This document shows, in pieces, positions 25,580 to 38,369 of a stretch of DNA of 64,000 bases. Position numbers and translations under genes: made by a program. The stretch lies in NCBI RefSeq assembly GCF_009914755.1, contig NC_060946.1; one strand, given 5' to 3'. The notes beneath the pieces are model-generated. The model searched no databases. It was not told where the DNA came from and saw only the letters and a list, made by a program, of their open reading frames with translations. Origin of the DNA: the human T2T-CHM13v2.0 reference genome, Homo sapiens. The first letter of the stretch is position 1; the number at the start of each line of letters is the position of its first letter.

Positions 25580-28500
25580 CATTCCACTCGGGTTGATTCC
25601 ATAGCATTCCATTCCATTCCATTCCATTCCATTCCACTCGGGTTGATTCTATACCATTCCATTCCATTCATTCCTTTCATTCCATTCCTTTCCTGTCGGG
25701 TGGAATCCATTCCATTCCTTTCCATTCCATTCCATTCCATTCCATTCCAATCCATTCCATTCCATTCCACTCCACTCCATTCCTTTCCATTCCCCTCGGG
25801 TTGATTCCATTCCATTCCATTCCAATCCATTCAACTCCATCCCATTCCATTCCATTCGGTTCATTCCATTCCATTCCATTCCATTCCTTTCCATTCCATT
25901 CCATTCCATTCCATTGCATTCCATTCCATTCCATTCCATTCCATTCCATTCCATTCCATACCATTCCATTCCATTCCACTCGGGTTGATTCCATAGCATT
26001 CCATTCCATTCCATTCCACTCGGGTTGATTCCATACCATTCCATTCCATTCATTCCTTTCATTCCATTCCTTTCCTGTCGGGTTGAATCCATTTCATTCC
26101 ATTCCATTCCATTCCATTCCATTCCATTCCATTCCACTCCACTCCATTCCATTCCATTCCCCTCTGGTTGATTCCATTGCATTCCATTCCAATCCATTCA
26201 ATTCCATCCCATTCCATTCCATTCGGTTCATTCCATTCCATTCCATTCCTTTGCATTCCATTCCATTCCATTCCATTCCACTCGGGTTTATTCCATAGCA
26301 TTCCGTTCCATTCCATTCCATTCCATTCCACTCGGGTTGATTCCATACCATTCCATTCCATTCATTCCTTTCCATTGCATTCCTTTCCTGTCGGGTTGAA
26401 TCCATTCCATTCCCTTCCATTCCATTCCATTCATTTACATTATACTCCAGTTGATTCCATAGCATTCCATTCCATTCCATTCCATTCCATTCCATTCAAT
26501 TCCATTGCATTCCATTCCATTCCATTCCATTCCATTCCATTTCATTCGGGTTGATTCCATTCTATTCTGTTCCTTTCCATTCCATTCCATTCCTTTCCTC
26601 TCCATTCCGTTCCATTCCATTCGGTTTTATTCCATTCCATTCCATTCCACTCCATTCCATTCCACTCCATTCCATTCCATTCCATTCCATTCCATTCTAT
26701 TCCATTGCATTCCATTCCATTCCATTCCGCTTGGGTGGATTCCATTCCATTCCATTGCATTCCATTTCTCTCGGGTTGATTCCATTCCGTTCCTTTCCAT
26801 TTCATTCCATTCCATTCCATTTCATTCCATTCCGTTCCACTCCATTCCATTCCACTCCACTCCGGTTGATTCCACTCCATTCCATTCCATTTCATTCCAT
26901 TCCATTTCACTCGAGTTGATTCCATTCCATTCCATTGCATTTTATTCCATTCTATTCCGTTCCTTTCCTTTCCATTCCATACCATTCCAAGCGGGTTGAT
27001 TCCATACCATTCCATTCCATTCCATGAAATTCCATTCCACTCCACTCGGGTTGATTCCTTTCCATTCCATTCTATTCCATTCCATTCCATTCCATTCCGT
27101 TCCATTCGGGTTTATTCCATTCCATTCCATTCCATTCCATTCCATTCCATTCCATTCCATTCCATTCCATTCCATTCGGGTTTATTCCATTCCATTCTAT
27201 TCCATTCCATTCCATTCGATTCCATTCCATTCCATTCCATTCCACTCCACTCAATTCCATTCCATTGCACTCGGGTTGTTTCCATTCCATTCCATTCCAA
27301 TCCGTTCCATTCCATTCCATTCCATTCCATTCCATTCGGGTTCATTTCATTCCATTCCATTCCATTCCATTCCTTTCAATTCCATTCCATTCCATTCCAT
27401 TGCATTCCATTCCATTCCATTCCATTCCACTCGGGTTGATTCCATAGCATTCCATTCCATTCCATTCCATTCCACTCGGGTTAATTCCATACCACTCCAT
27501 TCCATTCATTCCTTTCATTCCATTCCTTTCCTGTGGGGTTGAATCCATTCCATTCCTTTCCATTCCATTCCATTCCAATCCATTCCATTCCATTCCATTC
27601 CATTGCATTCCATTCGGGTTTATTCCATTCCATTCCATTCCATTCCATTCCATTCCATTCCATTCCATTCTATTCCTTTCCATTCCACTCCACTCCATTC
27701 CATTCCATTCCCCTCGGGTTGATTCCATTCCATTCCATTCCAATCCATTCAATTCCATCCCATTCCATTCCATTCGGTTCATTCCATTCCATTCCATTCC
27801 ATTCATTTCCATTCCATTCCAATCCATTCCATTGCATTCCATTCCATTCCATTCCATTCCACTCGGGTTGATTCCGTAGCATTCCATTCCATTCCATTCC
27901 ATTCCATTCCATTCCATTCGGGTTGATTCCATACCATTCCTTTCCATTCATTCCTTTCATTCCATTCCTTTCCTGTCGGGTTGAATCCATTCCATTCCTT
28001 TCCATTCCATTCCACTCCATTCCATTCCATTCCATTCCAATCCATTCCATTCCATTCCATTCCATTCGGGTTTATTCCATTCCATTCCATTCCATTCCAT
28101 TCCTTTCCATTCCATTCCACTCCATTCTATTCCATTCCATTCCACTCCATTCCATTCCATTCCCCTCGGGTTGATTCCATTGCATTCCATTCCAATCCAT
28201 TCAATTCCATCCCATTCCATTCCATTCGGTTCATTGCATTCCATTCCATTCTTTCCATTCCATTCCATTCCTTTGCATTCCATTCCATTCTATTCCATTC
28301 CATTCCATTCCACTCGGGTTTATTCCATAGCATTCCATTCCATTCCATTCCATTCCATTCCATTCCATTCCATTCCATTCCACTCGGGTTGATTCCATAC
28401 CATTCCATTCCATTCATTCCTTTCCATTCCATTCCTTTCCTGTCGGGTTGAATCCATTCCATTCCTTTCCATTCCATTCCATTCCTTTCCATTCCATTCC

Positions 28501-28750
28501 TCTCGGGTTGTTTCCGTTGCATTGCATTCCATTCCATTGCATTTGGGTTGATTCCATTCCCTTCCATTCCATTCCATTCCATTCCATTCATTTACATTAT
28601 ACTGCTTTTGATTCCATAGCATTCCATTCCATTCCTTTCCATTCCATTCCATTCCATTTCATTGAGGTTGATTCCATTCTATTCTGTTCCATTCCATTCC
28701 ATTCCATTCCTTTCCACTCCATTCCGTTCCATTCCATTCGGGTTGATTCC
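25580..28750 (+). repeat. Irregular ~310-470 bp subrepeat zone in relatively pure CATTC
   Basis: CTGT(C/G)GGGT(T/G)GAATCC at 25693, 26075, 26388, 27531, 27973, 28440, together with recurring CCATAGCATT, CCCCTCGGG and CATCCCATTCCATTCCATTCGGTTCATT motifs. Confidence 0.8.
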
Positions 28751-28809
28751 ATTCCATTCCATTCCATTCCATTCCATTCCATTCCATTCCACTCCATTCC
28801 ATTCCATTC

Positions 28810-30550
28810 CATTCCATAGCATTCCACCAAAGTTGATTGCGTGTTCTTCCATTCCGTTCCATTCCATTCCAATCCATTCGATTCCATTCCATTCCATTCC
28901 TTTCCACTCTGGTTGATTCCATTCCATTCAATCCCGTTCCGTTCCGTTCTGTTCCATTCCATTCCATTCCATTCCATTCCATTGCATTGCACTAAAGTTT
29001 CTGCCATTCTTTCCATTCCATTCCATTCCATTGAATTCCATACCCTTCGGGTTGATTCTTTTCCATTCCATTCCATTCCATTCCATACCATTCCACTCCA
29101 TTCCGTTCCATTCCATTCGGGTTGATTCCGTTCCATTCCATGCCCTTTTATTCCATTCCATTCCATTCCATTCCATTAAATTCCATTCCATTCCATACCA
29201 TTCCACGAAATTTGTTTGCATGTTATTCCATTCCATTCCATTCCATTCCTTCCATTCCATTCCATTCCTTTCCACTCGTGTTGATTCCATTCCTTTCAAT
29301 TCCGTTCCGTTCGGTTCCGTTCCGTTCCTTTCCATTTCATTGCATTCCACTCAGGTTGATTTCATTCCATTCCATTCCATTCCACTGAATTCCACTTGGG
29401 TTGATTCCATTGCATTCCATTCCATTCCATTCCATTGCATTCCATTCCATACCCTTCGGGTTGGTTCCTTTCCATTCCATTCCATTGCACACCATTCCAC
29501 TCCATTCCGTTCCATTCCATTCGGGTTGATTCCATTCCATTCCTTTCCTTTCCATTCCACTCCATACCATTCCACTAGGGTTGATTCCATACCATTCCAT
29601 TTCATTGCATTCCATTCTATTCCATTCCACTCGGGTTGATTCCATTCCATTCCATTCCATTCCATTCCATTCCATTCCACTGCATTCAATTCCATTGCAT
29701 TCCATTCCATTCCATTCCATTCCATTCCATTCCAGTCGGGTTGATTACATTCCATTCCTTTACATTCCATTCCAGTCCATTCCATTCCATTCCATGCCAT
29801 TCCATTCCATTCCATTCCATTTAGCTCTGGTTGTTTCCATTCCATTCCAGTAGTTTTCATTCCATTCTATTCCATTCCATTCTGTTCCATTCCATTCCAT
29901 TCCATTCCATTTGACTCAGGGTGATTCTGTTCCATTCCATTCCATTCCATTCCATTCCAGTTGATTCCATTGCATTCCATTCCGTTCCATTCCATTCCAT
30001 TCCATTCCATTCCATTCCATTCCATTCCGGTTGAAACCATTCCATTCCATTCCATTCCATTCCATTCCATTCCTTTCCATTCCATTCTGTTCCACTCAGG
30101 GTGATTCCTTTCCATTCCATTACATTTTATTCCACTCCACTCGGGTTGATTCCATTCCATTCCATTCCATTGCATTACATTGCATTGCATTCCACTTGTG
30201 TTGATTCCATTGCATTCCATTCCATTCCACTCCTTTCCATTCCATTTCATTCCATTCCAGTTGATTGCATTCCTTGCCATTCCATTCCACTCCATTCCAT
30301 TCCATTCCATTCCATTCTACCCGGGTTGATTTCATTCCATTCCAGTCCATTCCGTTCCATTCCATTCCATTCCATACCATTCCATTCCCTTTCATTCCAT
30401 TCCATTTCATTCCACTTCTGTTTATTCCTTTCCACTCCATTCCATTCCATTCCATTGCATTCCATTCCACTCCATTCCCTTCCATTCGGGTTTATTCCAT
30501 TTCATTCCATTCCATCCATGGCATTCCATTCCTTTCCATTCCATTCCAGT
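28810..30550 (+). repeat. Second copy of the 22.0-23.95 kb block, with ~170 bp missing
   Basis: Offset falls from ~6786 to ~6615. The segment holding CCGGTTAATTCCGATCC and GGGGTCC (22.94-23.1 kb) is absent. Confidence 0.85.
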
Positions 30551-33500
30551 TCATTCCATTCGGGTTTATTCCATTCCATTCCATTCCATTCCATTCCATT
30601 CCATTCCACTCCATTCCATTCCATTCTATTCCATTCCATTCCACTCTACTCCATTCCATTCCATTCCCCTCGGGTTGATTCCATTGCATTCCATTCCAAT
30701 CCATTCAATTCCATCCCATTCCATTCCATTCGGTTCATTCCATTCCATTCCATTCCATTCTTTCCATTCCATTCCATTCCTTTGCATTCCATTCCATTCC
30801 ATTCCATTCCATTCCATTCCATTCCATTCCATTCCATTCCATTCCGTTCCATTCCACTCAGGTTGATTCCATACCATTCCATTCCATTCCTTCCTTTCCA
30901 TTCCATTCCTTTCCTGTCGGGTTGAATCCATTCCATTCCTTTCCATTCCGTTCCATTCCTTTCCATTCCATTCCTCTCGGGTTGATTCCGTTGCATTGCA
31001 TTCCATTCCATTGCATTTGGGTTGATTCCATTCCCTTCCATTCCATTACATTCCATTCCATTCATTTACATTATACTCCGGTTGATTCCATAGCATTCCA
31101 TTCCATTCCCTTCCATTCCATTCCATTCCATTCCATTCCATTTCATTCGGGTTGATTCCATTCTATTCTGTTCCATTCCATTGCATTCCATTCCTTTCCA
31201 CTCCATTCCGTTCCATTCCATTCGGGTTGATTCCATTCCATTCCATTCCATTCCATTCCATTACACTCCATTACATTCCTTCCACTCCATTACATTCCAT
31301 TCCATTCCACCTGGCTAAATTCCATTCCATTCCATTCCATTCCATTCCATTCCAGTTGATTTCATTGGATTCGATGCTGTTCCATTCCATTCCATTCCAT
31401 TCCTTTCCCCTCCATTCCATTACATTCCACTCGAGTTGATTCCAATCCATTCCATTACATTACATTACTTTTCATTAAAATCGGGTGGATTCCATTCCAT
31501 TCCATTGCATTCCATTCCATTCCATTCCATTCCATTCCATTCCATTCCATTCTGGTTGATTCCATTCCATTCCACTCCAATCCATTCCATTCCATTCCAA
31601 TCCATTCCATTCCATTCAATTCCAGTCGCATTCCATCTATTCCATTCCATTTCATTCCGTTCTGTTCTTTTCCATTCTATTGCATTCCATACCATTCCAT
31701 TCCACTCGGGATGTTTCCATTCCATTCCATTATATTCCGTTCCATTCCATTCCATTCCATTCCACTCGGGTTGTTTCCATTCCATTAATTTCAATTTCAT
31801 TCTATTCCATTCCATTCCATTCCATTATATTCCATTCCATTCCATTCCATTACATTCTATACCATTCCACTCGGGTTGATTCCATTCTATTCCATTCCAT
31901 TCCATTCCATTCCATTCCATTCCATTCCATTCCATTAAATTCCATTGCACTCCATTCCACTCGGGTAGATTCCATTCCATTCCATTCCATTCCATTCCAT
32001 TCCATTCCATTAGTTTCTAATCGGGTTGATTCCAATCCATTCCATTATATTCAAGTCCTTTCCATTCCATGCCATTCTACTCGGGTTGTTTCCATTTTGT
32101 TGTATTCCATTCCATTCCATTCAGTTCAATTCCATTCCATTCCATTCCATTCCATTGCATTCCATTCCACTCGGGTTGTTTCCGTTCCGTTCCATTAGTT
32201 TCCATTCCATTCCATTCCTTTCAATTCCATTCCATTCCATTCCATTCCTTTCCTCTGAGGGTGATTCCATCCCATTGCATTCCAATGCATTCCATTCCAG
32301 TTGATACCATTGCTTTGCATTGTTTCCATTTCAATCCATTCCATTACATTACATTCCACTCAACTCGGTTTGATTCATTTCCATTCCATTCCATTCCATT
32401 CCATTCCATTCCATTCTATTCCATTCAATTCCATTCCATTCCATTCCTGTCAGAATGATTCCATTCAATTCCATGGCCTTTTATTCCATTCCATTGCATT
32501 CCATTCCATTCTATTCCTTTCCACTCGGGTTGATTCCATTCCATTCAATTGCATTCCGTTCCGTTCCATTCCATTCCATTTCATTCCATTGCATTCCATT
32601 CCATTACATTCCAAGGCATTCCATTCCACTCGGGTTGTTTCCATTACATTCCAGTAGTTTCAACTCTATTCCATTCCATTCCATTCCATTCCATTCCATT
32701 CCATTCCATTCCATTCCATTCCATTCGTTTCCATTCCACTCGGTTTGATTCATTTCCATTCCATTCCATTCCATTCCATTCCATTCCATTCCATTCCTCT
32801 CAGGTTGGTTCGATTCAATTCCATGCCTTTTTATTCCATTCCATTCCATTCCATTCCATTCCATTCCATTCCATTCCTTTCCACCTGGGTTGATTCCATT
32901 CCATTCAATTGCATTCCATTCCGTTCCATTCCATTCCATTTCATTCCATTGCATTCCATTCCATTACATTCCATTGCATTCCATTCCACTAGGGTTGTTT
33001 CCATTACATTCCAGTAGTTTCAATTCCATTCCATTCCATTCCATTCCGTTCCATTTCATTCCATTTCATTCCATTCCATTTCATTCCATTCCATTTCATT
33101 CCACTTCTGTTTATTCCATTTCAGTCCATTCTATTCCATTCAATTGCATTCCATTCCATTCCATTCCATTCGGGTTTATTCCATTTCATTCCGTTGCATT
33201 CCATTCCATTGCATTCCATTCCATTCCATTCCATTCCATTCCATTCCATTCCATTCCATTACCTTCAGGTTGATTCATTTCCATTCCATTCCATTCCATT
33301 CCATTCCATTTCATTCCATTCCATTTCATTCCACTTCTGTTTATTCCATTTCAGTCCATTCTATTCCATTCAATTGCATTCCATTCCATTCCATTCCATT
33401 CGGGTTTATTCCATTTCATTCCATTGCATTCCATTCCATTGCATTCCATTCCATTCCATTCCATTCCATTCCATTCCATTCCATTACCTTCAGGTTGATT

Positions 33501-35920
33501 CATTTCCATTCCATTCCATTCCATTCCATTCCACTCCAATCCATTACATTCCACTCAGGTTGAATCCTTTGCATTCCATTCCAATGCATTCCCTTCGATT
33601 CATTTCCACTCGGATTCAGTCAATTCCATTCCATTCCATTCCGTTATGTTCCACTCCATTCCATTGCATTCCATACCATTCCATTCCACTCGGGTTGATT
33701 CCATTGAATTCCATTGCATTCCATTCCATTCCATTTTATTCCATTCCATTCCGTTCCATTCCTTTCCATTCCATACCATTCCACTCGGATTGATTCCATA
33801 CCATTCCATTCCATGAAATTCCATTCCAATCCACTCCACTCGGATTGATTACTTTCCATTCCATTCCATTCCATTCCATTCCATTCCATTCCATTCTATT
33901 CCATTCCATTCCATTCCGTTCCATTCGGGTTTATTCGATTCCATTCAATTCCATTCCATTCCCTTCCATTCCATTCCATTCCATTCCATTCCATTCACTC
34001 CTTTCCATTCCATTCCATTCCCGTAGGGTTGATTCCATTCCATTCCTTTCCATTCCATTCCATTCGTTTCCATTCCATTCCTCTTAGGTTGATTCCATTG
34101 CATTCCATTCCATTCCAGTGCACTTGGGTTGATTCCATTCCCTTCCATTCCATTCCATTCATTTACATTACACTCCGGTTCATTCCATAGCATTCCATTC
34201 CATTCCATTCCATTCCATTCCAATCCATCCCATTCGGGTTGATTCCATTCTATTTTGTTCCACTCTATTCCATTCCATTCCATTGCATTCCTATCCATTC
34301 CATTCCGTTCCATTCCATTCGGGTTGATTCCATTCCATTCCATTCCTTTCCATTCCATTCCATTCCATTCCACTCCACTCCTTTCCATTCCATTCCATTC
34401 CATTCCATTCCATTCCACTCGGGTTGATTCCATAGCATTCCATTCCATTCCATTAAATTCCATTCCATTCCATTCCATTCCATTCCACTCGGGTTGATTC
34501 CAAACCATTCCATTCCATTCATTCCTTTCCATTCCATTCCATTCCTTTCGGGTTTAATCCATTCCATTCCTTTCAATTCCATTCCATTCATTTCCATTCC
34601 ATTCCTCTTCGGTTGATTCCGTTGCATTCCATTCCATTCCAATGCACTTGGGTTGATTCCATTCCCTTCCATTCCATTCCATTCCATTCATTTACATTAC
34701 ACTCCGGTTGATTCCATATCATTCCATTCCATTCCATTCCATTTCATTCCATTCCATCCCATTTGGGTTGATTCCATTCTATTCTGTTCCACTCTATTCC
34801 ATTCCATTCCATTCCATTCCTTTCCATTCCATTCCCTTCCATTCCATTCGGGTTGATTCCATTCCATTCCATTCCATTCCATTCCATTCCATTACATTCC
34901 ACTCCATTCCATTCCATTCCACTCCATTACATTCCATTCCATTCCACCTGGCTTGATTCCATTCCATTCCATTCCATTCCATTCCAGTTGATTCCATTGG
35001 ATTTGATTCTGTTCCATTCCATTCCATTCCATTCCATTCCCCTCGAGTTGATTCCAATCCATTCCAATACATTACATTCCATTTCATTCCAATCGGGTGG
35101 AATCATTTCCATTCCATTCCACTCCATTCCATTCTGGTTGATTGCATTCCGTTCCTTTCCATTCCATTCCATTCCGCTACATTTCATTCGTGTTGATTCC
35201 ATTCCATTCCACTCCAATCCATTCCATTCCATTCCAATCCATTCCATTCCATTCAATTCCACTCGCATTCAATCTATTCCATTCCATTTCATTCCGTTCT
35301 GTTCCATTCAATTCTATTGCATTGCATACCATTCCATTCCACTCGGGATGATTCCATTCCACTCCATTATATTCCGTTCCATTCCATTTCATTCCATTCC
35401 ATTCCATTCCACTCGGGTTGATTCTTTCGGATTCCATTCCATTCCATTCCACTCGGGTTGTTACTATTCAATTAATTTCAATTTCTTTGTATTCCATTCC
35501 ATTCCATTCCATTATATTCCATTCCATTGCACTCCATTCCATTCCATTCCTCTCCGATTATTCCATTCCTTTCCATTCCATTCCATTCCATTTTATTCCA
35601 TTCTATTCCATTGCATTCCATTCTATACGATTCCACTCGGGTTGATTCCATACCATTCTATTCCATTCCATTCCATTAAATTCCATTCCATTCCATTCCA
35701 CTCGGGTAGATTCCATTCCATTACATTCCATTCAATTAGGTTCCTTTCCATTCCATTGCATTCCATTCTATTCCATTCCATTTCATTAAATTCCATTCCA
35801 TTCCATTCCACTCGTGTCGATTCAATTCCATTCCATGCCATTCCATTCCATTCCATTAGTTTCTAATCGGGTTGATTCCAATCCATTCCATTATATTCAA
35901 GTCCTTTCCATTCCATGCCA
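30530..35920 (+). repeat. ~5.4 kb block duplicated at 38.37-42.75 kb (first copy)
   Basis: ATTAAAATCGGGTGG 31474/39282, AGGTTGGTTCG 32802/40111, CTTCGATTC 33593/40712, CTCTTAGG 34081/41200, TTACTATTCAATTAAT 35461/42300, CTATACGA 35623/42452. Confidence 0.88.
33060..33520 (+). repeat. Local ~230 bp tandem duplication
   Basis: CCACTTCTGTTTATTCCATTTCAGTCC at 33101 and 33331; ACCTTCAGG at 33261 and 33486. The sister block at ~40.45 kb has one copy. Confidence 0.88.
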
Positions 35921-38350
35921 TTCTACTCGGGTTGTTTCCATTTTGTTGTATTCCATTCCATTCCATTCAATTCAATTCCATTCCATTCCATTCCATTCCA
36001 TTCCATTGCATTCCATTCCACTCGGGTTGTTTCCTTTCCGTTCCATTAGTTTCCATTCCATTCCATTCCTTTCAATTCCATTCCATTCCATTCCATTCCA
36101 TTCCTTTCCACTGAGGGTGATTCCATTCCATTGCATTCCAATGCATTCCATTCCAGTTGATACGATTGCTTTGCATTGTTTCCATTTCAATCCATTCCAT
36201 TACATTCCACTCCACTCGGTTTGATTCATTTCCATTCCATTCCATTCCATTCCATTCCATTCCATTCCATTCCATTCCATTCCTGTCGCGATGATTCCAT
36301 TCAATTCCATGGCCTTTTATTCCATTCCATTCCATTCCATTCCATTCCATTCCATTCCATTCCATTCCTTTTCACTCGGGTTGATTCCATTCCAATAAAT
36401 TGCATTCCGTTCCGTTCCATTCCATTCCATTTCATTCCATTGCATTCCATTCCATTACATTCCAAGGCATTCCATTCCACTCGGGTTGTATCCATTACAT
36501 TCCAGTAGTTTCAATTCCATTCCATTCCATTCCATTCCATTCCATTCCATTTCATTCCATTCCACTTGGTTTGATTCATTTCCATTCCATTCCATTCCAT
36601 TCCATTCCATTCCATTCCATTCCATTCCATTCCTCTCAGGTTGATTCGATTCAATTCCATGCCTTTTTATTCCATTCCATTCCATTCCATTCCATTCCAT
36701 TCCATTTCATTCCATTCCTTTCCACTCAGGTTGATTCCATTCCATTCAATTGCATTCCTTTCCGTTCCATTCCATTCCATTTCATTCCATTGCATTCCAT
36801 TCCATTACATTCCATTGCATTCCATTCCACTCGGGTTGTTTCCATTACATTCCAGTAGTTTCAATTCCATTCCATTCCATTCCATTCCATTCCATTTCAT
36901 TCCATTCCATTCCATTCCATTCCATTCCATTCCATTCCATTCCATTCCGTTCCAATCGGGTTGATTCCATCCCATTCCACTCCATTCCATTCCATTCAAC
37001 TCCATTCCATTCCATTTCACTCCATTACATTCCATTCAATTCCACCCGGATTGAATCCATTCCATTCCATTCCATTCCATTCCATTCCATTGCATTCCAT
37101 TCCACTTGATTTCATTGGATTCGATTCTGTTCCATTCCATTCCATTCCATTCCATTCCATTCCATTCCATTCCACTCGAGTTGATTCCAATCCATTCCAT
37201 TGCATTACATTCCATTTCATTCCAATCGTGTGGATTCCATTCCAATCCATTCCATTCCACTCGGGTTGATTCCATTCCGTTCCTTTCCATTCCATTCCAT
37301 TCCATTCCATTTCATTCCATTCCGTTCCATTCCATTCGTGTTGATTGCATTCTATTCCACTCCAATCCATTCCATTCCATTCCAATCCATTCCATTCCAT
37401 TAAATTCCACTCGCATTCAATCTATTCCATACCATTTCATTCCGTTCTGTTCCATTCCATTCTATTGGATTCCATACCATTCCATTCCACTCGGGATGAT
37501 TCCATTCCATTCCACTATATTCCGTTCCATTCCATTACTTTCCTCTCCACTCGGGTTGATTCCATTCCATTCCATTCCATTCCTTTCCATTCCACTCGGG
37601 TTGTTTCCTTTCCATTCCTTTACATTTCATTCTATTCCATTCCATTCTATTCCATTCCATTCCACTCCATTCCATTCCATTCCTCTCCGGTTATTCCATT
37701 CCATTCCATTCCATTCCTCTCGGGTTGCTTCCATTCCATTCCATTACATTTTATTCCATTCCATTCCGTTCCATTACTTTCCATTCTATACCATTCCACT
37801 CGGGTTGATTCCATACCATTCTATTCCATTCCATTCCATTAAATTCCATTCTATTCCATTCCACTCGGGTTGATTCCATTCCAATCCATTCCATTCCATT
37901 CCATTCCATTCCATTCCATTCCAATCCATTCCAATCCATTCCGTTCCGTTCCGTTCCATTCCATTCCATTCCATTAAATTCCATTCCATTCCATTCCATT
38001 CCATTCCATTCCATTGCATTCCTTTCCACTCGGGTTGTTTCCATTCCATTCCAGTTGTTTACATTCCATTCCATTCCATTCCATTCTATTCCATTCCATT
38101 CCATTCCACTCCATTCCATTCCATTCCTCTCCGTTTATTCCATTCCATTCCACTCGGTTTGTTTCCATTCCTTCCATTCCATTTTATTCCATTCCATTCC
38201 ATTCCATTTCATTCTATAGCATTTCACTCGGGTTGATTCCATACCATTCTATTCCATTGCATTCCATTAAATTGCATTCCATTCCATTCCACTCGGGTAG
38301 ATTCCATTCCATTCCATTCCATTGCATTCCGTTCCATTCCATTCCATTCC
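35858..38350 (+). repeat. Single unexpanded copy of part of the young HOR (modules E-X-A-C)
   Basis: Shares TCGCGA (36286), GGCC (36311), CACCCGGA (37043), TGTGGATTCC (37229) and CTATAGC (~38214) with HOR copies 1 and 2, in the same order. Confidence 0.85.
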
Positions 38351-38369
38351 ATTCCATTCCATTGCATTC

